This document shows positions 7,808 through 17,808 of a stretch of DNA of 55,442 nt, one piece after another. The notes under the pieces were generated by a model that ran no database searches, was not told the origin of the DNA, and saw only the letters and a list, made by a program, of their open reading frames with translations. Position 1 is the first letter of the stretch. Every line of letters begins with the position of its first letter. The stretch is taken from positions 1 through 55,442 of IMG/VR virus record IMGVR_UViG_3300031566_000041. One strand, 5' to 3'. A program made the translations under genes and the position numbers. Source of the stretch: a virus (taxonomy: Duplodnaviria; Caudoviricetes).

Positions 7808-8841
7808 GCGAGCAGATGATCACCACCTATTCGATGTGGTCCATGTTCCGCAACTGCCGGAAGGCCTGCGAGTGGCGCTATCTCAAGGAACTCGTCCCGA
7901 TGGAGAAGGACCACAACTTGAGCTTCGGCTCGATGATCCACGAGTGCCTCGAACTCTGGCACCGGGAGCGGGACCTAGCCAAGGTGCTCGACCACATTGA
8001 CCGCGCATATCCGAACCGGGCGCAGGACGAGAGCGAGCTTGGCGACTGGCACCTGGCCACCGCGATGATAAAGAGCTACGCGGCCCGGTACCGGGAAGAA
8101 GAGTTCGAGGTGGTCGGCCTGGAGCAGCCGTTCGAGGACAAGATCATCAACCCGGCCACGGGCGCGTCGTCGCGGAGTTTCACGCTCGCGGGCAAGGTGG
8201 ACGGCATCGTGCGGAGAGGCAGTGAGCATTTCCTTCTCGAACACAAGACCGCCGCCCAGGTGGATGCCGACTACCTCGAGCGCCTGTGGACCGACTTCCA
8301 GATCGTGCTCTACACCTGGTATGTGGAGCAGGCGCTCGGCATCAAGATCGCGGGCGTCATCTACAACATCCTGGTCAAGGCCCGGCTCCAGCAGGGCAAG
8401 GGCGAGACCGAGACCGAGTTCGAGGCCCGGCGAGCGGAACTGATAGCCAAGTCCAAGACCGGTAAGACGAGCGCCAAGCGCAAGCTCCCGGAGAGCGACG
8501 AGGACTTCCAGGCGCGGCTCTCGGAAAAATACGCGGAGCCGGGCATGTTCCACCGCGAGATGCTCTACGTCTCCCGCGATCAATTCGACACGCTCCGGGC
8601 CGAGTTGTGGGAACTCTCCCAGGCACTCCTTGATGCAAGGCGGCGCGGAGTCTTCTACCAGAACACCGCGTTCTGTTTCCACTACCGCCGCCAGTGCGCC
8701 TACTACCCCCTCTGCCGCTCCAACGGCAGCCCCAACGTCATCGAGAACTTTTATCAGCAAGCGCAGCCGCACGAGGAATTGGCGGCGAAACCCGCCGAGG
8801 CGCGGGACCACGCCGTGGCCGACAGCGCCCCGGCATTCTGA
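7804..8841 (+). CDS. PD-(D/E)XK Cas4/AddB-like exonuclease
   Basis: N-terminal Cys, G..IH, GKVDG..LLEHKT, Q..LY, and C-terminal C..C..C cluster. Start set to ATG 7804. Confidence 0.85.
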   Translation: MSEQMITTYSMWSMFRNCRKACEWRYLKELVPMEKDHNLSFGSMIHECLELWHRERDLAKVLDHIDRAYPNRAQDESELGDWHLATAMIKSYAARYREEEFEVVGLEQPFEDKIINPATGASSRSFTLAGKVDGIVRRGSEHFLLEHKTAAQVDADYLERLWTDFQIVLYTWYVEQALGIKIAGVIYNILVKARLQQGKGETETEFEARRAELIAKSKTGKTSAKRKLPESDEDFQARLSEKYAEPGMFHREMLYVSRDQFDTLRAELWELSQALLDARRRGVFYQNTAFCFHYRRQCAYYPLCRSNGSPNVIENFYQQAQPHEELAAKPAEARDHAVADSAPAF

Positions 8842-8860
8842 ACGAAAAGGAGAATCGAAA

Positions 8861-9646
8861 ATGCTACCCACTCAAAAGACCTCGCCCAAGCAGGACCTGT
8901 CCAACCTGACGGTCCTCGTCTACGGGCCCAGTAAAATCGGAAAGTCGTCCCTCTGCGCCAAGGCCGACAGCGCTCTCTTCCTGGCCACCGAACCGGGCCT
9001 CAACTCCCTCGAGGTATTCCAGACGCCGGTGAACAGCTGGGAGGACCTGCTCGCGGCCTGCGCCGAGATCGCCGAGGGCAAGCACAACTTCAAGACCATT
9101 GTGCTCGACACCCTGGACAACGCCTACCGCATGTGCTCGGACTACATCTGCAAGAAGTTCAAGATCGAACACGAGTCCGACCTGGGCTACGGCAAGGGCT
9201 ACGCGCTCATCAACAACGAGTTCCTGCGCGTACTGAACAAGCTGGCCTTCCTGCCCTATGGCCTGTTTCTCATCTCGCACTCGCAGGAGAAGGAGATCGA
9301 GACCCGCACGGGCAAGCTCACCCGGATCGTCCCGACCCTGCCCGACAAGGCCCGCAAGCAGGTGCTGGGCATGGTCGACATGATCCTCTTCTGCGACATT
9401 GAGGTGGTGCCCGGCGAGGACGGCAAGCCCACCTACAAGCGCGTCATGCGCACGAAGCCCAGTCCCAACTACGAGGCCGGCGACCGCACCGGACGGATGC
9501 CCGAGGTGATCGACCTCGACTTCGGCAAGTTCCTTGAGGCCTTCAACGGCGCAACATCCGCGCCCAAGCCAAGCACATCGCAGCCCGAGGCCAAGCCCGC
9601 GGCCCCTCAAGCCAAATCGACCACGCCCGCGAACCAAACCAAATAA
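8861..9646 (+). CDS. AAA_24 / Sak4-like recombination ATPase
   Basis: YGPSKIGKS Walker A, TIVLDTLD Walker B, LISH motif. Start ATG 8861 behind AAGGAG. Confidence 0.85.
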   Translation: MLPTQKTSPKQDLSNLTVLVYGPSKIGKSSLCAKADSALFLATEPGLNSLEVFQTPVNSWEDLLAACAEIAEGKHNFKTIVLDTLDNAYRMCSDYICKKFKIEHESDLGYGKGYALINNEFLRVLNKLAFLPYGLFLISHSQEKEIETRTGKLTRIVPTLPDKARKQVLGMVDMILFCDIEVVPGEDGKPTYKRVMRTKPSPNYEAGDRTGRMPEVIDLDFGKFLEAFNGATSAPKPSTSQPEAKPAAPQAKSTTPANQTK

Positions 9647-9663
9647 TCAAGGAGGACCGAACC

Positions 9664-10152
9664 ATGTCGAACAATGAATTCGAAACCAATCCCGCCGCCG
9701 GTGGAACCGGCGACATCGACCTCTCGCAGTTCAACGATGAGTTTGTCCAGGCGGAGATCGAAGAACGCGAATTCGATCCGGTGCCGGACGGCAAGTACCA
9801 GGTCAACGTCGAGAAGGTGGAACTTACCCGGGCCCAGACCTCGGGCGCGCCGATGCTGAAGTGGACCCTGCGTATCCTTGCCCCCAAATTCGCCGGGCGG
9901 CTGCTCTGGCGCAACAACGTCATCGTCACCAGCGAGAACATCAAGTGGCTCAAGAATGACCTGCACACCTGCGGCCTCACCCTGGAGAAACTCTCGGACC
10001 TTTCCCAAAACCTGGGCAAGTTGCTGGACGTGAAACTCGAGGTGACCAAACGCACCAAGGGCGAGAACGAGAACGTGTACCTCAACAAGCGGATCGTGAT
10101 CGAGGACAGCGGGGACAAGCCGAGTTCGACTCCTTCGGACATCCCGTTCTAA
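9664..10152 (+). CDS. DUF669-like single-stranded DNA-binding protein
   Basis: FDPVPDGKYQV, SGAPMLKWTLRI, acidic tail ending in DIPF. Confidence 0.85.
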   Translation: MSNNEFETNPAAGGTGDIDLSQFNDEFVQAEIEEREFDPVPDGKYQVNVEKVELTRAQTSGAPMLKWTLRILAPKFAGRLLWRNNVIVTSENIKWLKNDLHTCGLTLEKLSDLSQNLGKLLDVKLEVTKRTKGENENVYLNKRIVIEDSGDKPSSTPSDIPF

Positions 10153-10180
10153 GCGGCTCGCGGCTCAAGAATGGACAGGC

Positions 10181-10663
10181 ATGGACAGGATCACCGTCGT
10201 AATCGACACGCGGGAACAAGAGCCTTACACCTTTGATCCGCAACGTATCACCGCAATCCGCCGAACGCTCCCGGCCGGGGACTACTCGCTCGCGGGTCAC
10301 GAAGGCTCGGTGGCGGTGGAGCGAAAGTCGCTTGCGGACTTCGTCTCCACCGTCATCCGAGGCCGGGAGCGGTTCCACAAGGAGTTGAAGCGCCTCGCGG
10401 AATATGAGGCCTCCTGCATCGTGGTCGAGGCGGACCTGGGCGACATCATCGAGGGCAAGTATGCGAGCGGCGCTCATCCCAACTCGGTCCTTGGCGCGGC
10501 CATGTCCGTCATCGTTGACTTTAAGCTCCCGGTGTTCTTCTGCGGGAGCCGCCAACTCGGTTGCCTTTTCGTCGAGGCTTACCTGCTGCGCGTTTATCAA
10601 AAGGTATCCAAGAATGACAGACAAGAAATCACCAGCCCCGGCGACACTCCGGGGCACGATTGA
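10181..10663 (+). CDS. ERCC4/XPF-domain nuclease
   Basis: VIDTREQ, L.AGDY, AVERKSLADF motifs. Confidence 0.9.
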   Translation: MDRITVVIDTREQEPYTFDPQRITAIRRTLPAGDYSLAGHEGSVAVERKSLADFVSTVIRGRERFHKELKRLAEYEASCIVVEADLGDIIEGKYASGAHPNSVLGAAMSVIVDFKLPVFFCGSRQLGCLFVEAYLLRVYQKVSKNDRQEITSPGDTPGHD

Positions 10664-12824
10664 AAAGGTCTTCTTTGCCGGGGGAAAGTTCTCGGCGGGG
10701 AGGCTCAAGACAGACGCGGGCGAGGACATCCAGTTCGCGGGCAACCTGTTCGCGCAGGAAAACGATTCGGTCGTGCTCAATGGCCGCTGGATCATGCACC
10801 CCAAGTACGGCAGGCAGTTCGAAGTCCAGAGCATGGAATACAACCTTGACCTTGACGCTACGGGCCTGGCCAACTACCTCGCCAACAACCCGCACGTCAA
10901 GGGCATCGGGCCGGCCAAGGCGAAGCTCATCGTCGAGCGGTTCGGTAATGACTTCGACCGCGCCCTCGCCGAGGATGCAGAAGCAATCGCCAAGACCGCC
11001 AAGGTCTCGGTGGACAAGATTGTTCAACTGCGGGACGAGTGGGACCGGACCCGCCTAGTCAACAAGGCGCTCACCTGGCTCGCGAGCTTTGATCTCACTC
11101 ACCACCAGGTGACGACCCTGGTCGAGAAGTTCGGCAACAACGTCCTGGGCGTGCTCAAGGCTGATCCCTACCTGATCATCCGCGAGGTCTCCGGCTTCGG
11201 CTTCAAGAAAGTGGACAAGGTCGCCCGCAAGATGGGCACGCCCAAGGACCACTGCCCCCGCATTCGGGCCGGGATCATTCATTGCCTTGACGAGGCCTTG
11301 GACCAGGGCGATTGCTGGGTCGAGTATGAGGACCTCCTGGACCGCGCCAACCTGCTCCTGGTGATGGACACCCTCGACAGCCGCGAGCGGATCGAGACGG
11401 AGTTGGACGCGCTGATCGATTCCAAGCAGCTGTCATGCTCATCGCATGGAGGCCGGTTCATTGTGGCCCGGCCCGATATCCTGGCGATGGAGACGGACCT
11501 GGCGGAATTCCTGCGCCGGGGCGACTTGGCCAACCCGAATTTCGATAAGCGAGATGATGTCTCCGAACTCGTGGACCGCGCGGCCCCCAGCCTCAATGAT
11601 GGACAGCGAGGAGCGGTGACCTTGGCCCTGTCTCACTCGATCACTCTCATCTCCGGCGGCGCGGGCAGCGGCAAGACCTACACGGTCTCCGCGATCACCA
11701 GCATCTATGAGGAGCAGGGTTTGAGTGTCATCCTGGCCGCGCCCACCGGCAAGGCCGCCAAGAGGCTCGAACAGGTGGTAGGGCATGCGGCGAGCACCAT
11801 CCATCGTCTGCTCGGATTCAACGGCAAGACCTATGCTCGCGGTCCGGACGATCCCCTTGACGCCGATGTGATCATCATTGATGAGGTCTCGATGGTGGAC
11901 GTCCCCCTGGCCTGGCGCTTGTTCCGAACGATTGACTTGAGCCGGACCGCCGTGGTGTTGGTGGGAGACCATAACCAACTGCCGCCGGTTGGCCCGGGCA
12001 ACATGCTGCGCGACCTGATCCAGACCCGGGCCGTGCCTTCCGTGGTGCTCGATAAGGTCGTCCGCCAGGCGGGGGTGCTGAAGGAGAACTGCATCGCGAT
12101 CTTGAACGGGGAAGTTCGCAAGACCGCCGAGGAGAAAAAGGTCAAGCGGCAGGGATGGTATCTCCTTGATCAGTTCACGGACCAGCACGAAGCGCAACAA
12201 GCCCTCCTGGAGATGTTCAAGCACAGGATCGAAGATGGCCTGGGCTTCAATCTCATGAGCGACGTCCAGGTCTTGACGCCCACGCACAAGGGCCCGCTCG
12301 GCACGGTCGAGTTGAACATCAAGCTCCAGAAGCTCCTCCAGCGCAAGCTTTGGGGAGTCCACGTGCCGGATACGCCCTCTGGCCGTCGGCCCAAGTTTCA
12401 CCCATTCGACAAGGTGATCCAGACCCGCAATAACTACGACCTGGGCGTCATGAACGGCGCGGTGGGCATGGTGATTGATGTGGACCGCAAGGGATCGCTC
12501 AACATTGACTTCGACGGCATGCCGGTAACGGTCGAGGCCTCCAACCTGCAGGACGTGCAGCTGGCCTATGCGCTCACCATCCACAAGACCCAGGGATCGG
12601 AGTTCCCCTGCGCCATTGTCATTGTCCACAAGTCCCACGCCTTCATGCACCACCGCAATCTCTTTTACACCGGCGTCACCCGGGCCAGGGAAACCGCCAT
12701 CATCATCGGGGACCATTGGGGGATCAAGAACTGCGTCAAGAAGCGCCACCTGGACGAGCGCAAGACCTTCTTGTCCATTCATCTGGCCGAGCCGGTTTCG
12801 CAAAGCAATGAAGCTCGACCGTAA
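10614..12824 (+). CDS. recD2: RecD2-like SF1B helicase
   Basis: HPKYGRQF N-terminal domain, KGIGP HhH, GGAGSGKT, IIIDEVSM, VGD..QLPPVGPG, AYALTIHKTQGSE. Start ATG 10614. Confidence 0.9.
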   Translation: MTDKKSPAPATLRGTIEKVFFAGGKFSAGRLKTDAGEDIQFAGNLFAQENDSVVLNGRWIMHPKYGRQFEVQSMEYNLDLDATGLANYLANNPHVKGIGPAKAKLIVERFGNDFDRALAEDAEAIAKTAKVSVDKIVQLRDEWDRTRLVNKALTWLASFDLTHHQVTTLVEKFGNNVLGVLKADPYLIIREVSGFGFKKVDKVARKMGTPKDHCPRIRAGIIHCLDEALDQGDCWVEYEDLLDRANLLLVMDTLDSRERIETELDALIDSKQLSCSSHGGRFIVARPDILAMETDLAEFLRRGDLANPNFDKRDDVSELVDRAAPSLNDGQRGAVTLALSHSITLISGGAGSGKTYTVSAITSIYEEQGLSVILAAPTGKAAKRLEQVVGHAASTIHRLLGFNGKTYARGPDDPLDADVIIIDEVSMVDVPLAWRLFRTIDLSRTAVVLVGDHNQLPPVGPGNMLRDLIQTRAVPSVVLDKVVRQAGVLKENCIAILNGEVRKTAEEKKVKRQGWYLLDQFTDQHEAQQALLEMFKHRIEDGLGFNLMSDVQVLTPTHKGPLGTVELNIKLQKLLQRKLWGVHVPDTPSGRRPKFHPFDKVIQTRNNYDLGVMNGAVGMVIDVDRKGSLNIDFDGMPVTVEASNLQDVQLAYALTIHKTQGSEFPCAIVIVHKSHAFMHHRNLFYTGVTRARETAIIIGDHWGIKNCVKKRHLDERKTFLSIHLAEPVSQSNEARP

Positions 12825-12835
12825 ACGGGAGCTAT

Positions 12836-15800
12836 ATGGCGGCCTCGCTCGCAAACGTCAGGGAGTATTACCGGCTCATCACCGAGATTGACATCGGCCA
12901 GGCAGCCCGCGACCTCCTTGCCGGCCGCATCACCCAGGAGTCCGGGCATCTGCTCCAATGCGACTGCCCCAACCATAAAAGCCAGTCACACCGCTCGCTT
13001 CACATCATGCTTGATAAGCAGGGCTGGTACTGCTTCGGGTGCGGCGCGGGCGGGGATGTGCTCCAGCTGGTCGAGTTCGTTCAAGCCGGGAAGGTGACCG
13101 CCGGACAATCCGGAACCATGCCGGACAGTCACCGAAACGCCCGGGACTACCTCGCTGAAAAAGCCGGACTGCCGCCATTGTCCGAATACGGCCTCTCCCC
13201 CGAACACCTGAAGGAAACCGAGGCCGCGCGCCTGCTGGAAGTCCGGGTGCAGGAAGCCTTGACCGCGCTCGCGGGGTTCTATCACGAACGCCTCAAGGAC
13301 TCTCCCAAGGTCCTGGAGTGGTTCCACGCGCATTATGGGATTTCCGATGAGACCATCGATAAGCTGCTGATCGGCTATGCCTCGAACTCCCCGAGCAAGA
13401 GTCCGAGCGGAGAAGAGCGTCCGGGCCTGCTCAAAGCCCTGACCAGCCCTCCCCATAATTTCAGCCTCCGGGAACTGGCCGCGAGCGGGGCCTTCCGACC
13501 GACCAGCCAGGACGGTCTGCTTCCATTCTTCGAAGCCAGGATCGTGTTCCCCTACTGGAGCCGGGGCCGTGTGGTCTTCATGATCGGCCGCAAGACCCCG
13601 TGGACCCCGGACAAGCCCTGGGAGCAGGGCAAGTACAAGAAGCTCCCGGTTAACAACGAAGGCTCCAACAAGCACATCGCGGCCTGCGTCAACAACAGCT
13701 TCCTGTTCAACGAGGACTGCCTGCTGGCCCGGCCTGACCGGGTGATCATCACGGAAGGAGTGACCGACTGCATCTCGCTGATGGAGCAGGGCTTCCCGGC
13801 GGTCTCGCCGGTCACGGTGAGAATCCGCCAGGCGGACTGGGACCGGCTCATCCCCAAGTTGCGCGGGGTAAAGACCATCTATATCTGCCAGGATAACGAG
13901 GTCTCGCAGGCGGGCTTGCACGGGGCCATGAAGACCGCAAGCATCCTGGCCGAACACAATATCGAGACCAGACTCGTGGTCCTGCCCCTCACCGAAAAGC
14001 AGGAACAGGCCCGTGGCCAACTCCAGCAAGTTTTCAACGTCACCGCGAACGTCGGCCCGGGCGAACTGAAAAAGCTCCTGGCCGGGCGGTCGGACGAGGA
14101 GATCAAGCAGGCCGAGCAGTTGCTCGCGCAGGCCAAAATTGATGTCAACGACTATTTCGTCTCCGGCCATACGGGGGCGGACTTCGAGGTTCTCCTGGGC
14201 CAGGCCCAGACGCCCCTGGAGTTTGGGATCGCCAATCTGCCAACCGATCTCCCCGAGCAGGAGCGCAACCGGCTCCTCGAACCGATTCTCCTTGAGGTTG
14301 CCCATCTGGTCCCGCTCGAACAAAATCGCCACTTGAAAATTCTCCAGGAGAAGTTCGGCAAGGAGAACCTGTCTCTCACCACTCTACGTGATCAGGTCAA
14401 AGCCGCGCAAAAGGAAAGCGCGGCCCGGTCTCGCGGGAGAAGGCGGTCGGAAAAATACACGTCCAACGCCCCGCCCGGATCGTGCCGCGCCCGGATCGAG
14501 CAGGCCATGATCGAGGCCGACGAGGCCTCGGGCGGGCCGGACTACGCCAAAATCGCCGAGGCTTCCTTCGAGTGGTTCTCTGCCAACGGCGCTCGGTTTT
14601 TCTACACGCCCCGGGGCGAGCCGTTCATGTTCTTCGAGGACCGGCTCCTGTGGATGGACAGCTTCGACCGGGGCCGCAAGCGCAGTTACTATTCGACCAT
14701 GTACAAGCACACTGGGGTCGTCCAGACCACCAATGGCGGCCGCACCTTCTACGAGGTCCTGTCCAACCTGGCGATGGACCGGGGCGAAATGCGGGAGGAC
14801 TTCATGTGGCTGCACACCGACGTGGGCCGCTATACCCTTTACTTCAACCTCAACAACTCCGATCACGAGATCGCCAAGATCACGCCCGACGGCATCGAGA
14901 TCATGAAGAACGGCGGCAACGCGGACAAAATCATCCTCCAACCCTCCAACAAGATGAGGCCCCTCAAATTCCAGCCGGGCGCGGACATCGAAGAGGCCGA
15001 CCGCCTGCTCCTGGACCTCATCGTCTCCAACCTGCCCTGCGCCCAGGGCGACCGCTTCCTCATCCTCTTGTGGCTCTCGTGCTTCCTGCTCATCGACTTC
15101 GTGGGGACCCGGCCCATGACCCGCTTCGAGGGCAGTTCGCAGTCCGGCAAGACCACGGCCAGCAAGCTCATCTCCGCCCTGCTCTATGGCGAGACCGAAC
15201 AGAAGACCAGCACCATCGCCGCCAACTACACCGACGGCTCGCGGAACCCCTGCATCTTCCTGGACAACATCGAGGTCGCCCAACTGACCGATGAACTCAC
15301 CACCTTCCTGCTCACCAGCATCACCGGGATCGCCAAGGAAAAACGCCGGGGCGGGACCGACACCGAGACGGTCATCGAGCGGACCAAGTGCCTGCTCAAC
15401 ACCACCGGCATTGAGCCGCTGGGCGGAGAGTTGGCCGAAATCCTCTCCCGCACCTTCATCATCCGCTTCGACATCAATGAGCAAGCCAGCGACTGCTTCC
15501 TCGAGGCCAAGGTCCTGGACGCCATCAAGCAGCGCCGGGATTTCATCCTCTCCGCGCTCATGAAACGCACCAGCCACGTCCTGGCCCTGCTCCGGGACGG
15601 CGCGCAGGAGAAGGTCATGCGGCTGTTGCACCAGACCCTGGGGCACCACAACAAGCGCCGCTGCAACGACTACCTGAGCCTCATGTACCTCATGATGATC
15701 GTGGGCGAGTCCCCGGAGGAAATCACCACGGCCCTGGAGACCCTGAACCCGCAGTTCGTCGAGCGCATCGCCTCCATCAACAGTGTGAGCCTGGAGACGG

Positions 15801-16171
15801 CCCGCGAGTCCAATCCCATCGCCACGGCCCTGGCAACCTTGTTCAAGGCCTATCGCCACGCCCTCGAGGCCGACCAGGAGAGCACGGCTACTAACGTGGT
15901 CAAGTCCAACAAGGCCGCCTTCATGGAACGCTACCAGTTGGATTTTCAGGACGAGGATACCATCAAGGGTGCTCTGGCCCGCGATATCTTCATCGCCCTC
16001 CGCAGGCTCGCCAAGGACTTCAGCCTCTCCTTTAATATGAAGTCCGTACAGCAGTTCGCCCAGCGCTTCTCGAACGACCTGGCGGTCATCAAGCAGGCTG
16101 GCTTCGACATCAATCTGAACCAAGGCCACGCTCGAACCACCACCTACAACATCACCTGTCTTCCCCGGTAA
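12836..16171 (+). CDS. Multifunctional primase-helicase (CHC2 zinc finger, DnaG-type TOPRIM, P-loop helicase; P4 alpha-like architecture)
   Basis: CPNH..WYCFGC; RIVFPY..GR; IITEGVTD; ICQDNE; KIDVND; GSSQSGKTT; IFLDN. Confidence 0.85.
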   Translation: MAASLANVREYYRLITEIDIGQAARDLLAGRITQESGHLLQCDCPNHKSQSHRSLHIMLDKQGWYCFGCGAGGDVLQLVEFVQAGKVTAGQSGTMPDSHRNARDYLAEKAGLPPLSEYGLSPEHLKETEAARLLEVRVQEALTALAGFYHERLKDSPKVLEWFHAHYGISDETIDKLLIGYASNSPSKSPSGEERPGLLKALTSPPHNFSLRELAASGAFRPTSQDGLLPFFEARIVFPYWSRGRVVFMIGRKTPWTPDKPWEQGKYKKLPVNNEGSNKHIAACVNNSFLFNEDCLLARPDRVIITEGVTDCISLMEQGFPAVSPVTVRIRQADWDRLIPKLRGVKTIYICQDNEVSQAGLHGAMKTASILAEHNIETRLVVLPLTEKQEQARGQLQQVFNVTANVGPGELKKLLAGRSDEEIKQAEQLLAQAKIDVNDYFVSGHTGADFEVLLGQAQTPLEFGIANLPTDLPEQERNRLLEPILLEVAHLVPLEQNRHLKILQEKFGKENLSLTTLRDQVKAAQKESAARSRGRRRSEKYTSNAPPGSCRARIEQAMIEADEASGGPDYAKIAEASFEWFSANGARFFYTPRGEPFMFFEDRLLWMDSFDRGRKRSYYSTMYKHTGVVQTTNGGRTFYEVLSNLAMDRGEMREDFMWLHTDVGRYTLYFNLNNSDHEIAKITPDGIEIMKNGGNADKIILQPSNKMRPLKFQPGADIEEADRLLLDLIVSNLPCAQGDRFLILLWLSCFLLIDFVGTRPMTRFEGSSQSGKTTASKLISALLYGETEQKTSTIAANYTDGSRNPCIFLDNIEVAQLTDELTTFLLTSITGIAKEKRRGGTDTETVIERTKCLLNTTGIEPLGGELAEILSRTFIIRFDINEQASDCFLEAKVLDAIKQRRDFILSALMKRTSHVLALLRDGAQEKVMRLLHQTLGHHNKRRCNDYLSLMYLMMIVGESPEEITTALETLNPQFVERIASINSVSLETARESNPIATALATLFKAYRHALEADQESTATNVVKSNKAAFMERYQLDFQDEDTIKGALARDIFIALRRLAKDFSLSFNMKSVQQFAQRFSNDLAVIKQAGFDINLNQGHARTTTYNITCLPR

Positions 16172-16201
16172 CCGGCTTCTTTTTTTCCATTCAGCCCATT
16201 G

Positions 16202-16519
16202 GGTGAAAGGGTACCCTTTCACCACGGCGAACCTTTCACCATGAAAATAGTTTGATAATCCATATAGTTATCCTGCGTGGTGAAAGGGTGAAAGGTTCCC
16301 AGAGGTCTCTCTCTATATTTGAAGAAAAAAATAAGGGTGGGGGTCCTCGTCAAGGGGATGGTAGCCTTTATTTTTTGCTCATTAATAGACATATCCTTCC
16401 CTACCTTTCACCCTTTCACCATATTTTATTAATTATTTATTGAAATTGAATGGTTATGTATGGTGAAAGGTCCTGGTGAAAGGTTGTTTTGCCCCTTCCG
16501 AACCTTTCACCCTTTCACC
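16202..16519. repeat. Iteron cluster, probable replication origin
   Basis: 11 copies of GGTGAAAGG/CCTTTCACC in both orientations in an AT-rich gap right after the primase-helicase gene. Confidence 0.8.
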
Positions 16520-16542
16520 ACTTCCCAACTTTTTTTAGAAAA

Positions 16543-16578
16543 TTTCCGACACTTTCGCCTCTCCGCCGGTATGTAATC
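16543..16578 (+). promoter_or_regulatory. Putative phage sigma-dependent promoter (copy 4)
   Basis: TTTCCGACA-ctttcgcctctccgcc-GGTATGTAATC. Confidence 0.7.
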
Positions 16579-16615
16579 CGGGTAAACCGAGATTTCATTC
16601 CGGGAGCGAGAAGCA

Positions 16616-17434
16616 ATGAGCCTCTTAAAAATCATGCAGGAACATGCAGACGGGGAAACCGCCGTCAAGGAACCTGCGGGCAAAATCAAGGACGCGAACC
16701 ACGAGGGGTCCGGCCAGGCAAACCCGCCGATCCAGCAACCCGCCCTTTACGTTTCCCCTACGCTCAAGACCTGGGAGACCGACAAGCCGCAACTCTACGC
16801 CCGCGACGTCACCTACGATGACCTCTGCTACCGCCGCCTCGATCCCGAATACTATGCCTGGCTCCGCTCCAAGATCATGCTGGCCAAAAGAGCATGCGAG
16901 TCCGGGCGACTTGCCAAGGCCGCCTATGACGAACTGCGCGGCAAGTTCATGCCCATTCACGAGTGGGCGATGAAAAATTTCGGCGACGGCCAGGTACAAG
17001 AGGCCATCAACCAACTGGATGCCCAGGCCTACGCCCCGCCAATCCCCTGGAAGGCCGGAGACCTGGACAGGCATGCAGCAACAGCGGACAAGGTCGTACC
17101 GAAACCCGAACACCTCTTTCCTCCCAACGGAGAATTCAGATTCGTCCATCCCGTCTCCCCCGAGTCTGTGGCCAAGGTCGATGCCATCAAGGACCAAGCT
17201 CTATCCCTCGACTGGACCGAGACCTCCCTCTACCAGAACCGCGGGCAATTCAAATTCCCCTGCGGCGAGGACTATGGCCTGGTTTGCTTCCTGGAAGGCG
17301 ACAGGCTCATCGGCGAGGTCACCCGCCAGTCCATCGAGATCATCCATCCAGGTCCCCGCGAGAGCCGACTGCGCTTCTATAACTCGCACGTTGACCAGCC
17401 CTGGATCAAGCGGTCGGGAAAGGAGGCCCCATGA
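16616..17434 (+). CDS. Hypothetical protein
   Basis: 272-aa ORF directly after promoter copy 4; 4-nt overlap with the next gene. Confidence 0.7.
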   Translation: MSLLKIMQEHADGETAVKEPAGKIKDANHEGSGQANPPIQQPALYVSPTLKTWETDKPQLYARDVTYDDLCYRRLDPEYYAWLRSKIMLAKRACESGRLAKAAYDELRGKFMPIHEWAMKNFGDGQVQEAINQLDAQAYAPPIPWKAGDLDRHAATADKVVPKPEHLFPPNGEFRFVHPVSPESVAKVDAIKDQALSLDWTETSLYQNRGQFKFPCGEDYGLVCFLEGDRLIGEVTRQSIEIIHPGPRESRLRFYNSHVDQPWIKRSGKEAP

Positions 17435-17808
17435 AAAAACGCTATGCCTGCGCCCACGCCGTGCTGCCGGCCGACCTGGTCGAGGCGGTGCAAGCCCACT
17501 TCACCGGGCTGCTCTGGGTGCCGAGCAGCAAGCTGTTCTATGACGAGCGCAAGAAGCTCGTGCTGGCGCTCAAGGAGGAAGGCGTGCCCATCAAGGAGAT
17601 TGCGCGGCTGGCCGGAATCTCACCCCGCCGGGTCCACCAGATCATAAAAAATGAGCGGCCTGACAAAATAATTTCCGGCACTTTTGACGATTCGCCGGTA
17701 TGTAATCAGGTGGAAGGCGTCTCCGACAAGGGGAGTGAAATCCAGCTTAATTTGCTTCCCGCGCCGGAGTCGGATGCATCGGTGCAGAATTCACACGACG
17801 ATGACTGA
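17431..17808 (+). CDS. Small HTH DNA-binding protein
   Basis: VLPADLVEAVQ..LLWVP then GVPIKEIARLAGISPRRVHQII (HTH); Mor-like layout. Confidence 0.7.
   Translation: MKKRYACAHAVLPADLVEAVQAHFTGLLWVPSSKLFYDERKKLVLALKEEGVPIKEIARLAGISPRRVHQIIKNERPDKIISGTFDDSPVCNQVEGVSDKGSEIQLNLLPAPESDASVQNSHDDD
17672..17707 (+). promoter_or_regulatory. Putative phage sigma-dependent promoter (copy 5), inside the 3' end of the HTH gene
   Basis: TTTCCGGCA-cttttgacgattcgcc-GGTATGTAATC upstream of the small terminase candidate. Confidence 0.6.

Noticed and set aside
7804-8841. CRISPR-associated Cas4
   Set aside because: No repeat-spacer array or other cas genes seen; the context is a phage recombination module.
16202-16519. 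CRISPR array, or the small ORFs 16252-16443 and 16489-16821
   Set aside because: Repeats are 9 bp, bidirectional and irregularly spaced (iteron-like). The ORFs cross AT-rich regulatory DNA and look non-coding.
17736-17761. Extra copy of the 26-bp palindrome
   Set aside because: Only the left arm (TGAAAT) matches; the core and right arm diverge.
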